Source: Alphaproteobacteria bacterium
GTDB taxonomy: Bacteria > Pseudomonadota > Alphaproteobacteria > CALKHQ01
Reading direction: 5' to 3'
Assembly (NCBI GenBank): GCA_965227515.1
Contig: CBDDFZ010000001.1
Location: 3,188,797-3,252,796 of the forward strand
DNA length: 64,000 nucleotides
The translations under genes were made by a program, and so were the position numbers. The notes under the pieces were generated by a model. The model was not told the origin of the DNA. It saw nothing but the letters and a program-made list of their open reading frames with translations, and ran no database searches. Of the stretch, positions 50,243 through 59,198 are shown one piece after another; position 1 is the first letter of the stretch, and each line of letters begins with the position of its first letter.

Positions 50243-51004
50243 TCAGGAGCTGGTTGCGACGGCGGTGCTGCCGGCGTGGCGCCACCACATGGTCTGGTTG
50301 AGGCTGAAGTAGGGCCGGTAGTGGCTGATGGAGGACGCGCGCACCACCTGGTCGATCTGGTTGTCGAGCACGTAGGCCTCGTCGTTGTGATAGACGATGA
50401 GGATGGCGTGCACGAGGTTGAGCTGGGTGTCGTGGACCACGGCGATGCGCATGTCGCGGTCTGAGAAGCCGAGCTCGCGCAGCGTCATGTACTTGGCGAT
50501 GGCGTAGTCCTCGCAGTCGCCGGAGCGGGTGAAGAACTGGCCCGGGGTCGCCCAGTAGTCGCTGGCGCCGTAGTTGCGCGCATCCTCGATATAGGCGGCC
50601 GAGTTCATCCGGGTGTTGACCTGGACGATCTGGCTGAACCGGTCCAAGCCGCGCAGGCTTTCCACATAGACCAGCCACTGCTGCAGCTTGCAGTCGCCGC
50701 CGGCGCAGGGCTGCTCGGCCTGGGCGCGTTCGGTCTGGAAGGCGGCCAGCATCCGGGTCCACTTGGTGAACTGGGAGACGTCGGGGGACGGCGTGCCTTG
50801 CGACCCGAACAGCGGCGGCGCGGAGGCCATGAGATCGACGGCCTGTGCGGTGCCGGCAAGCCCGGTGAGGGTAGCTGTGGCAACCGCGACGGCGGCAACG
50901 AACCGGCGCACGGTGTTGGCGGGGCGGGCCGTGGCGGCCCGGCGGAGAACGCGATCGAGCCGTGAGTACCGGATCGTGTTCGGTGTGTTTTTCATCGCAG
51001 ACAT
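50243..51004 (-). CDS. bacterial transglutaminase-like cysteine proteinase (BTLCP) family secreted protein
   Basis: Signal peptide. Cys-His-Asp context SGDCEDYAIAKYMTL...AVVHD...LNLVHAIL...EAYVLDNQ. Confidence 0.65.
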   Translation of the reverse strand: MSAMKNTPNTIRYSRLDRVLRRAATARPANTVRRFVAAVAVATATLTGLAGTAQAVDLMASAPPLFGSQGTPSPDVSQFTKWTRMLAAFQTERAQAEQPCAGGDCKLQQWLVYVESLRGLDRFSQIVQVNTRMNSAAYIEDARNYGASDYWATPGQFFTRSGDCEDYAIAKYMTLRELGFSDRDMRIAVVHDTQLNLVHAILIVYHNDEAYVLDNQIDQVVRASSISHYRPYFSLNQTMWWRHAGSTAVATSS

Positions 51005-51249
51005 GAGTTTGTTTTACCTGCGACCTTTTAAATAGCGCTTAATAATTACACGACTGTTCTTCCATTATTATCTACATACTTGACAAACATTCCACATTCA
51101 CTTGATTATTATTTTCGACAAACACAGATAAAATTTGAGCGGCATTGCCGGCGGTGGCACCGGAAAGCGCTTGAATTCGGGCACAAGAGTAAGTAGTTGC
51201 TTACGCTATCGGTGGTGAGACCGCCGCGATCACGAGGGCGAGTGCGACC

Positions 51250-51588
51250 ATGGCCTATGACGAAGACCTGGCTGACCGGTTCCGGCGGGCGATCGAAGGC
51301 GTTCAGGGAACGTCGGAGAAAAAGATGATGGGCGGCATCTGCTTCTTCGTGAACGGGAACATGCTGGGCGGCGTCAGCACGGCCAAGAACGGCCGCCGGT
51401 TCATGTTCCGGGTCGGCAAGGAGAACATCGCCGAAGCCGAGGCGATGAGCGCGGGCGAGGAAGTCGTGATGGGCGCGCGCCGGATGCCCGGGTTCTTCCA
51501 TGTCGAGGCCGATGCCTGCGACGACGACCTGTTCCGGCAATGGACCTCGCTGGCGCTCAGCCACGCCACCGCCCTGCCCCCGAAGTGA
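51250..51588 (+). CDS. TfoX N-terminal domain-containing protein
   Basis: DLADRFRRAIEGVQGTSEKKMMGGICFFVNGNMLGGV matches the TfoX_N pattern. Confidence 0.65.
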   Translation: MAYDEDLADRFRRAIEGVQGTSEKKMMGGICFFVNGNMLGGVSTAKNGRRFMFRVGKENIAEAEAMSAGEEVVMGARRMPGFFHVEADACDDDLFRQWTSLALSHATALPPK

Positions 51589-51595
51589 GCGTGCC

Positions 51596-52231
51596 ATGAC
51601 CATGTTGAGCGCCGAGACCTGTACCTTCCTGCGCGACCTGAAGGCGAACAACACCCGCGAATGGTTCCAGGCCAACAAGCCCGCCTACGAGGCCGCGCTG
51701 AAGGCGCCTTCGGCGGCGTTCGCCGATGCCATGGCGGCGGCGCTGGAAGCGGCCTGCGGCGAGCCTTGCACGCCCAAGGTGTTCCGCATCCACCGTGACG
51801 TGCGCTTTTCCAAGGACAAGACGCCCTACAACGCCCACCTGCACATCTCGTTCGCGCCAGAGGGCAAGCCGCCGGCCTGGATGTTCGGGCTGGAACCGGA
51901 CCGGCTGGTTCTTGGCGTCGGCACGTTCCAGTTCGACAAGGCGGAACTGGATGCGTACCGGGCGCGCATCGACGGACCGGATGGCGCGGCACTGGCCGAG
52001 ACCCTGGCCAAGTTGCAGGCAGATGGCGTGCGGCTGAGTGATCCCGACCTGAAACGGGTACCGGCCCCCTACCCCGCCGACCATCCGCGCGGCGACCTGC
52101 TGCGGCACAAGGGTCTCGCCGCCTGGATCGACGATCTCGATCAATCGCAAGCGTTCGCAGACCAGGGCCCGGCCCGCTGCACTGCGGCGCTGGTGCGCCT
52201 GAAACCGGTGTTCGATTGGTTGAGGGGGTAG
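51596..52231 (+). CDS. TIGR02453/DUF2461 family protein
   Basis: FLRDLKANNTREWFQANKPAYEAALKAP...VFRIHRDVRFSKDKTPY hallmark. Confidence 0.75.
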   Translation: MTMLSAETCTFLRDLKANNTREWFQANKPAYEAALKAPSAAFADAMAAALEAACGEPCTPKVFRIHRDVRFSKDKTPYNAHLHISFAPEGKPPAWMFGLEPDRLVLGVGTFQFDKAELDAYRARIDGPDGAALAETLAKLQADGVRLSDPDLKRVPAPYPADHPRGDLLRHKGLAAWIDDLDQSQAFADQGPARCTAALVRLKPVFDWLRG

Positions 52232-52237
52232 ACTGCT

Positions 52238-52849
52238 CTAGCGGTCGGAGAATGCCAAGCGTGCGCTCAGTGCGGCAAAGGCGCCGGCGAAGCCGCAGCG
52301 TAGCCACAGCATCACCCGCGGGCGGGAAATGACGTAGCGCCGCGTGGCAGCGGCAAACGCACCGTAGCCCGCGAACACCACGAACGTCATTGCCATGAAG
52401 ACGCCGCCCAGCAACAGCGCCTGCCACGTGCCGTTCGTCGCGTCCGCCGGCACGAACTGCGGCAGGAAGGCAAGGAAGAACAGCGACAGCTTCGGATTCA
52501 GGATGTTGATCAGGAAGCCGTTGACGACGATGCGCAGGCCCGCATGCGGTGCCGCATTGCCGCTCACCTCCAGAGCGCCGCCGCTACGCAGCACGCCCCA
52601 GGCCATATAGAGCAGGTAGGCGACGCCCAAATAGCGCACCACCTCGAACGCCACGGCGCTGGTGTGCAGCAGGGCTGCCAGCCCGGCCACCGACGCCGCG
52701 ATATGGGGCAGGATGCCGAGCGTGCAGCCGAGGGCCGCCACCACGCTGGCCCGCCAGCCACGGCCAAGCCCGTAGGCGAGCGTGTAGAGCACGCCGGTGC
52801 CCGGCAGCAGGATGACCACCAGAGATGTCAGCAGGAATTCAGGTGTCAT
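52238..52849 (-). CDS. LysE/RhtB family amino-acid efflux translocator
   Basis: LLPGTGVLYTLAYGLGRGWRA N-terminus and a 6-TM LysE fold. Confidence 0.75.
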   Translation of the reverse strand: MTPEFLLTSLVVILLPGTGVLYTLAYGLGRGWRASVVAALGCTLGILPHIAASVAGLAALLHTSAVAFEVVRYLGVAYLLYMAWGVLRSGGALEVSGNAAPHAGLRIVVNGFLINILNPKLSLFFLAFLPQFVPADATNGTWQALLLGGVFMAMTFVVFAGYGAFAAATRRYVISRPRVMLWLRCGFAGAFAALSARLAFSDR

Positions 52850-53003
52850 GGCGATCTGCCTTTCCGTCCTATCTCGCGCCCGATACTGGCCGCAGACCGG
52901 TGTTGGCGGCAACATCGCCATGCGCGGCAATTGAACCCGCCTGCCCGTCCCGGTGACAGACGTGCATGTCCCATCCCTTGACATCGCGTCCTTGCATTCC
53001 GAT

Positions 53004-53023
53004 ATTTCTGTCATGACAGAAAT
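53004..53023. promoter_or_regulatory. perfect 20-bp palindrome ATTTCTGTCA|TGACAGAAAT overlapping the regulator start codon
   Basis: Seen directly. It is centred on the ATG at 53013 in the divergent LysE/GbsR-like intergenic region. Confidence 0.45.
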
Positions 53024-53594
53024 AACAGACAAATCCGACCTGCCCGCGCCGGTGGAACGCTTCATCCTGCAATGGGGCGACATGGGCACCGCCTGGGGGG
53101 TCAACCGCTCGGTCAGCCAGATCCATGCGCTGCTCTACCTCTCCGAACGCCCGCTGACGGCGGAGGAGATATCGCAGACCCTGGAGATGGCGCGGTCCAA
53201 CGTCTCCAACTCGCTGAAGGAGCTGATGGGCTGGGACCTGATCCGGCGGGTGCCGATCAGGGGCGACCGGCGCGATCATTTCGAGGCCGAGACCGATATC
53301 TGGGAGATCGTCAGCCGCATCGCCGCCGGCCGCAAGGAGCGCGAGCTGGACCCCGCGTTCGAGGTGCTGGCGCGCTGCGTCGACGAGGCCAAGGCGGACC
53401 GATTTGTGCATCCGGTGGCGCTGCAACGCCTGCGCGAGATGCAGGAATTCACAGCACTTGTCGACCGCTGGTACAGCCAGATGTTGCGGGTGCCGAAGAC
53501 CAAGCTCGCCATCGCGCTGAAACTGGGCGCGCGGATCATCGATTTCCTGCCGAAGGGCCGGGGCCGAAAACAAGAAAACCAAGACAAGGACTGA
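53013..53594 (+). CDS. GbsR/MarR-family winged-helix transcriptional regulator
   Basis: VERFILQWGDMGTAWGVNRSVSQIHALLYLSERPLTAEEISQTLEMARSNVSNSLKEL...HFEAETDIWEIVSRIAAGRKERELDP aligns with B. subtilis GbsR. A GTG at 52953 is an alternative start. Confidence 0.7.
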   Translation: MTEITDKSDLPAPVERFILQWGDMGTAWGVNRSVSQIHALLYLSERPLTAEEISQTLEMARSNVSNSLKELMGWDLIRRVPIRGDRRDHFEAETDIWEIVSRIAAGRKERELDPAFEVLARCVDEAKADRFVHPVALQRLREMQEFTALVDRWYSQMLRVPKTKLAIALKLGARIIDFLPKGRGRKQENQDKD

Positions 53595-53598
53595 GGCC

Positions 53599-54291
53599 AT
53601 GAGCACGCAACCGAAATGGGCCGAACCGGCCGATCCTCCCGCCCCAGCCGCCCCTGCTGCTGCCGCAGGCGAAACCGCGGCACTCGGCGACCTTCGGTTT
53701 CGCGCGCTTCTGGATGACGAGGGCTGGGCAAACCTGGCGCCGGAAGTGCGGGCGCGGTTCGCACGCAAGGCCGGCCCCGGCCAGTCCATCGTATTCAGCG
53801 GCCAGGTGACCGAATGGCACGCGACCAGGGTCGGACGCCTGCTCGCCTGGGCCTGCTGTGCCATCGGCGGGCCACTGCCGATCCGCTGCGTGGAAGGTGG
53901 CGCCAGCGTCGTCACCATCACCGAAGACCCACGTGGCGGCGGCCAGACCTGGACCCGCATGTACGCGCGGCGCACCGGTTTTCCGCAGGTGATCCACTCC
54001 TCCAAGCGTTTCGCCGGTCCCACCGGGCTGGAGGAGCACGTTGGGCGCGGCGTCGGCATGACCCTGGACGTGGCGGCCGAGGACGGCGGCATCGCGTTCC
54101 GCAGCGTGCGCTACTTCATGCAAGTGCTTGGGCGGCGCTGCTACCTGCCAAGCTGGCTTTCGCCGGGCGCGCTGACAGTGCGCCACGACCCCATCGATGC
54201 CACGCATTTTGAATTCTCGCTCACTATCGACCATCCGCGCCTGGGGTGCATCCTCAGCCAGACGGTCGTGTTTCGGGAGACGGGCCAATGA
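53599..54291 (+). CDS. hypothetical protein (DUF4166-like)
   Basis: Conserved-looking Trp/Cys-rich core. The stop overlaps the next start (ATGA). Family naming is from memory only. Confidence 0.4.
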   Translation: MSTQPKWAEPADPPAPAAPAAAAGETAALGDLRFRALLDDEGWANLAPEVRARFARKAGPGQSIVFSGQVTEWHATRVGRLLAWACCAIGGPLPIRCVEGGASVVTITEDPRGGGQTWTRMYARRTGFPQVIHSSKRFAGPTGLEEHVGRGVGMTLDVAAEDGGIAFRSVRYFMQVLGRRCYLPSWLSPGALTVRHDPIDATHFEFSLTIDHPRLGCILSQTVVFRETGQ

Positions 54292-55910
54292 TCTCCGATC
54301 TCATCTGGGCGCTGGTTGCGGTGCAGATGGCGCTGGGGCTGTTCGACACCCTCTATCATCACGAATTGACCGAGCGGCTGGCCTGGCGGCCGACCCAGGC
54401 GCGCGAACTGCGCCTGCATGCGGTGCGCAATTGGCTCTATGCCGTGCTGTTCGCGACCCTGGGCTGGCTGGTGCCGACCGGCGCCGTCGCCTGGGCGGTG
54501 ATCGCGATTCTGGCGGTCGAGGTCGTGATCACGCTGTGGGACTTCGTGGAGGAGGACCTGAGCCGCAAGCTGCCTGCCACCGAGCGGGTCGCCCACACCC
54601 TGCTGGCGCTGAACTACGGCGCGATCCTGGTGCTGCTGGCGCCGGTGCTGATCGGCTGGGCGGCCCAACCGACAGGGCTTGCGACGGCGGACCATGGCAC
54701 CTGGTCGTGGCTGTGCAGCATAGCGGCGGCCGGCACGCTGGTCTTCGGCCTGCGCGACTGGACCGCCGCCCTCCGTGCCCCCCACCTGCGCGAGGCGCCG
54801 GCTGGTGGCCTGCTCCCGTCGCTGGGTGGCCGGCGGACCGTGCTGGTGACCGGCGCCACTGGCTTTATTGGCCGGCGGTTGGTTGCAGCCCTGGTGGCCG
54901 ACGGTCACGCGGTGATCGCGCTGGTGCGCAACCCCGAGAAGGCGGCAGCCCTGCCGATGCCGATCACGCTCGTCGACGACCTCGACCGGATCGACCCGGC
55001 AACGCCCATCGACGCCATCGTCAACCTGGCCGGCGAGCCCATCGCCAACTTCTGGTGGACCAGGGCCAAGCGGCAACGGATCGTCGCCTCTCGCGTTGAG
55101 ACCACGCGCGCTGTGGTGGCGCTTGCGGGGCGGCTGGCGACGCCGCCAAAGGTGCTGGTCAATGGCTCGGCCATCGGCTGGTACGGCGCGCGCGACGGTG
55201 CCGAGACGCAGGATGAGACGTCAGGTCCCGCGCCCTGCTTCACCCACGATGTCTGCGCCGCCTGGGAGGCTGAGGCCGCGCGCGCCGAGGCTCTTGGCGT
55301 CCGTGTGGTGTGCCTGCGCATCGGGCTGGTGCTCGGCCAGGGCGGCGGCATGCTGAGCCAGATGCTGACGCCGTTCGAGTTCGGCCTGGGCGGGCCGATG
55401 GGCGATGGCCGTCAGGTCATGTCCTGGATCGCCCGCGACGATCTGGTCGGCCTGATCGGCCACGCCATCGCGACGAAAGACCTTTCCGGCCCGGTCAACG
55501 CGACCGCGCCAGAGCCTGTCACCAACCGGGCGTTCTCGCGCGCCCTGGGTCGCGCCCTCCACCGCCCTGCCCTGCTGCCGGTGCCCGCCTTCGTGCTGCG
55601 CCGGCTGGCGGGCCAACTGGCGGAGGAGTTGCTGCTCGGCGGCCAGCGCGTGCTACCGGCCAAAGCGCTGGCCTCAGGCTACCGCTTCCGCCACGCCACT
55701 ATCGATAGCGCATTGGCGGATGTCGTTGGAAGCAAGCAACGACGCGCGTTCAAGGATGCCACGCTTGTGGGGGGCGGTGCGCCGCGGCGACGCACCACCG
55801 CCAATGGCGCCTACTCGAACAGGCTGCTGCCGCCCTCGGCTTCGTCCTCTGCGCCGCCGTCGCTCGCGACGTCGCCCAACGTCCCCTCACCCACCGCGTC
55901 GGAGAAGTAG
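54288..55910 (+). CDS. membrane-anchored TIGR01777/YfcH-like NAD-dependent epimerase family protein
   Basis: N-terminal 4-TM domain, then VLVTGATGFIGRRLVAALVADGHAV Rossmann and a DUF1731-like C-terminus. The 3' tail may be run-on that overlaps the convergent gene. Confidence 0.6.
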   Translation: MISDLIWALVAVQMALGLFDTLYHHELTERLAWRPTQARELRLHAVRNWLYAVLFATLGWLVPTGAVAWAVIAILAVEVVITLWDFVEEDLSRKLPATERVAHTLLALNYGAILVLLAPVLIGWAAQPTGLATADHGTWSWLCSIAAAGTLVFGLRDWTAALRAPHLREAPAGGLLPSLGGRRTVLVTGATGFIGRRLVAALVADGHAVIALVRNPEKAAALPMPITLVDDLDRIDPATPIDAIVNLAGEPIANFWWTRAKRQRIVASRVETTRAVVALAGRLATPPKVLVNGSAIGWYGARDGAETQDETSGPAPCFTHDVCAAWEAEAARAEALGVRVVCLRIGLVLGQGGGMLSQMLTPFEFGLGGPMGDGRQVMSWIARDDLVGLIGHAIATKDLSGPVNATAPEPVTNRAFSRALGRALHRPALLPVPAFVLRRLAGQLAEELLLGGQRVLPAKALASGYRFRHATIDSALADVVGSKQRRAFKDATLVGGGAPRRRTTANGAYSNRLLPPSASSSAPPSLATSPNVPSPTASEK

Positions 55911-56860
55911 TACAGCGTGTAGGTGCCCGGCGTGCCGTCGGTCAGGAAGTAGAACGACTTGTCGAACGGGTCGCCGACGATGTCGCCGGAGATCGAGTTG
56001 GAGGTGCTGCGGGTCAGCACGCCCTCGCCAAGCTCCTGGCCGACCGGGATTGTCGGCAGGCCGTTGGGGCCCACGAGCTGGATCGAGTTCGTGTAGAACG
56101 AGAAGCCCTCGTAGCTGGAGCCAATCGAGTTGTACATGAGCGGCGTGATGTTGAAATCCACCCGCACCATCTGGCCGGCGCTGGGGTTCACCGTGCCCGC
56201 CACCGGCTGGCGGTAGTAGCTGTGGGCGGTCACGATGCCGTCGACCGGCGTAATGCCGGTGACCTCGAAGTCGGCGGTGTCGCCGGGCATCAACGGTTGG
56301 CTTGCGTCCTGCGGGATGTCGATCTCGACCGCATACAGCTCACCGAAGGTCAGGGTCGCGGTGGTGGCGTCGGCGGGCACCGACCAGATGTGCTCCATGA
56401 ACACGTGCTCGTCGTCCTCGGCCTCGTGGTCGGGCCAGTCGCGCGGACGCGATGCGGACAACGAGCGGGTGCCGGTCTCGAACACGCCATAGCGCTCCAG
56501 GAACCCGATCATGGTGATCGGCTCTTCCAAGCCGTCGATGGTCAGCGTCAGGTCGGTGTAGGAGACGGAAACGCGGTCCATGTCCTCCGACCACGGCACG
56601 TCGATCTCGGCGGAGATGTGCAACAGCACCTGGTCAGGATTGGACACCACATGCGGGAAACAACACGGCAGGCCCACGTCTTCCTCGGTGTTGATCAGGC
56701 TGTCGTAGCGCATGATTTCGAGTGATACGAACGGCCAGGGCTCTTGCGCCTGGGCCAGCGCACCGCCGGCCTGAAGCGTAACAAGGGCGGCGGCGGCAGT
56801 CGCACCGGCCAACGGGAAAGGTCGAGGAAGGGTCACGTTATCACTCCATAAAGGCATCAA
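55811..56860 (-). CDS. secreted hypothetical protein
   Basis: Signal peptide ...AAALVTLQAGGALAQA. No recognisable motifs. Confidence 0.45.
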   Translation of the reverse strand: MMPLWSDNVTLPRPFPLAGATAAAALVTLQAGGALAQAQEPWPFVSLEIMRYDSLINTEEDVGLPCCFPHVVSNPDQVLLHISAEIDVPWSEDMDRVSVSYTDLTLTIDGLEEPITMIGFLERYGVFETGTRSLSASRPRDWPDHEAEDDEHVFMEHIWSVPADATTATLTFGELYAVEIDIPQDASQPLMPGDTADFEVTGITPVDGIVTAHSYYRQPVAGTVNPSAGQMVRVDFNITPLMYNSIGSSYEGFSFYTNSIQLVGPNGLPTIPVGQELGEGVLTRSTSNSISGDIVGDPFDKSFYFLTDGTPGTYTLYYFSDAVGEGTLGDVASDGGAEDEAEGGSSLFE

Positions 56861-56981
56861 ACAGGGCCCCCGGATACCATGGACCGAAGTGTCAAAGAAG
56901 CAGCAATGCCGCGAAAACAGCCAAGTGCATTCGAATTGAACTTGGTGCCGGGAAACCCGGTGTCACGCGGCCACGGTGCGA

Positions 56982-58760
56982 TCAGCCGGTGCCCTGCTGG
57001 CGGCTGAACTTCACCACCATCATCCGCCCGACCACGGTGAATGCGACCAGGGCGACGATCAGCAGCACGCCGAGTGCGGTCGCCTTGCCGGGATAGCCGT
57101 CGTCCCAGGCATGCCACAGCTCGACCGACAGCACCCGGTTGTCATGGCTGGACAGCAGGACGGGGATCGAGAAGTTGCGCAGCCCGTGCGCGGCGACCCA
57201 GATCCAGCCCGAGATGAACGATGGCAGCAGCAGCGGCAGCACGATCTTGCGCATCACGGTCGCCCACTTGGCGCCGCTGGTTCGCCCCGCCTCCTCCATC
57301 TCGACATGGAGCTGCGCCACGGCACCGTTCATGGTGCGGGTGCCGAAGGCGAGGTAGTGGATGGTCAGGCCCAGCACGATGATCCAGATCGTGCCGTAGA
57401 GCTGCAGGTCGATCAGCCCTGGCAGGCTGAACACCAGCAGGATCGAAATACCGACGATCACGCCCGGAATGGCGTTCGGGAGGAACATGATGCCGTCGAC
57501 CACGCCGCGGCCGGGGAAGCGCATCCGCTGGATGCCCCATGAGACCACCAGCGCCAGCAGCATGGTCACCGTGCCGGCGACGGCCGCGACGACCAGCGTG
57601 TTCAGCGTCGTCGACCAGATGTCCGGGTCGTTGAAAATCTCCTGGTAGTTGCGCAGGGTCGAGTTCATCAGCCGGTCCCAGGTCGGCACCCGGTAGAGCG
57701 GCTGGAACGAGGTCCACAGCAGGATCAGGCACGGCGCCACGATGGTCAGCAGGGTGTAGAGCACCACGACCGCGAAACACGGATAGCGCCACTTGCCGAG
57801 CTTGATGATGCGCGGGCGGTAGCCCTTGCCGGTGATGGTGACGTAGCGGCCGAGCTTGCCGGCCTGGCGCCGGTACCACCAGACCAGCACGATCGACAGG
57901 ATCAGGAAGGTGGCGCCCAACGCTGCCGAGATGCCGTATTCCGGCGGCGAGGCGCGCTGGGTGGAGAAGAAGATGTACGACGAGAACACATAGACGTTGC
58001 CCGGCAGGCCGATGACCAGCGGCACCTCCAGCGATTCCAGGCTGGTCATGAACGAATAGATGCCGCCGGCCAGGATGGCCGGGGACAGCAGCGGCAGCAG
58101 GATGCGGAAGAAGGTGCGGGTGTTGCTGGCGCCGGAGATGCGGGCCGCCTCCTCCAGGTTCGGGTCCATGGTGCGGAAGGCGCCGACGATGATCAGGAAC
58201 ACCGTGGTCACGCCCCGCAGCCCGTCGAGGAAGATCATGCCCCCCATGGTGCGGATATCGAACGGGCCGGTCGTCATCTCGATCCCGAATACGCCCGCGA
58301 CGTCGCGGATCAGCACGTTGATCAGGCCGATGCGCGGCTGCAGCAGGAAAATCCACGAGATCGCGTAGAGGATGCCCGGAATGGCGATCGGCACCAGCAG
58401 CAGCATCCACGCCACGTTGCGGAACGGCATGTCCGTGCGCTCGGTCAGGAACGCGAAGAACACCGCCAGGCTGACCGAGATGACCGTGCCGCTGACCGCC
58501 AGGATCAGCGTGTTGCCCAGCATGCGGTAGGTCAGGGCCTGGGAATAGGCGCCGGTGTAGTTACCGAGAGTGAAGTCGCCGGGGTTCCAGGGGGTGCCTT
58601 GCCGGAAGCTGAAGATCAGCAGCACGGCCAGCGGCACCAGCACCATCAGCACCGACACGGCGATGATGAAGCCGGGCAGAAGGTTGCCGGATCCGCTGAA
58701 GACGTACCGGCGCCAACCGCCGGTCGCTGGATGCGTCATTGTCACGGGCGCACCCGCCAC
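56982..58760 (-). CDS. ABC transporter permease with two fused transmembrane domains (FbpB/ThiP-like)
   Basis: Two BPD_transp_1 modules with EAA loops (EAARISGASNTRTFFRILLPLL and EMEEAGRTSGAKWATVMRKIVLPLL). It is last in the MarR-HpaB-cupin operon. Confidence 0.75.
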   Translation of the reverse strand: MAGAPVTMTHPATGGWRRYVFSGSGNLLPGFIIAVSVLMVLVPLAVLLIFSFRQGTPWNPGDFTLGNYTGAYSQALTYRMLGNTLILAVSGTVISVSLAVFFAFLTERTDMPFRNVAWMLLLVPIAIPGILYAISWIFLLQPRIGLINVLIRDVAGVFGIEMTTGPFDIRTMGGMIFLDGLRGVTTVFLIIVGAFRTMDPNLEEAARISGASNTRTFFRILLPLLSPAILAGGIYSFMTSLESLEVPLVIGLPGNVYVFSSYIFFSTQRASPPEYGISAALGATFLILSIVLVWWYRRQAGKLGRYVTITGKGYRPRIIKLGKWRYPCFAVVVLYTLLTIVAPCLILLWTSFQPLYRVPTWDRLMNSTLRNYQEIFNDPDIWSTTLNTLVVAAVAGTVTMLLALVVSWGIQRMRFPGRGVVDGIMFLPNAIPGVIVGISILLVFSLPGLIDLQLYGTIWIIVLGLTIHYLAFGTRTMNGAVAQLHVEMEEAGRTSGAKWATVMRKIVLPLLLPSFISGWIWVAAHGLRNFSIPVLLSSHDNRVLSVELWHAWDDGYPGKATALGVLLIVALVAFTVVGRMMVVKFSRQQGTG

Positions 58761-58790
58761 GTGGTTTGCTGCCGTCGGGCCGTGACCGGC

Positions 58791-59174
58791 CTACTCATCA
58801 TTGTCGTAGTAGTGGATTTCCAGCAGCAGGCAGCCCTTCTCGGACTTGAAGGGGCCGTGGTGCACACCCGGCGGGCGGCAGGCATAGGTGTTGGGGTCGA
58901 AGCTCTCGCCGCCCCGTCCCTGGTCGTCATTGCCGACGATCAGGTCTCCCGACACCAGATAGACCTCTTCCCAATAGTCATGCACGAAGGGCGCGGTGGT
59001 GAAGGCGCCCGGCTGAAACCTGAGCAGGCGCGTGCGGGTGCCCGATTTGGCCTGCTCGTCGAGCGCTCCGGTCAGGATCTTCTGCTCCAGCCCATCGGGA
59101 TAGCCGGGCGGCGTCTCCCAGCCGACGGCCAGGTCGACCGGATGGAACTCCAAATGGTCCTTGTTGATCGTCAT
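58791..59174 (-). CDS. cupin domain protein
   Basis: 127 aa with a conserved cupin barrel (EEVYLVSGDLIVGNDD...YACRPPGVHHGPF). Confidence 0.55.
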   Translation of the reverse strand: MTINKDHLEFHPVDLAVGWETPPGYPDGLEQKILTGALDEQAKSGTRTRLLRFQPGAFTTAPFVHDYWEEVYLVSGDLIVGNDDQGRGGESFDPNTYACRPPGVHHGPFKSEKGCLLLEIHYYDNDE

Positions 59175-59198
59175 GCGTCGCCCCCGTATGGCCTGCAA

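Noticed and set aside
51176-51191. sigma54 promoter TGGCACCGGAAAGCGC upstream of the TfoX-N gene
   Set aside because: Spacing gives CG rather than the invariant GC at -12 (GG-N10-CG), so it does not fit the consensus.
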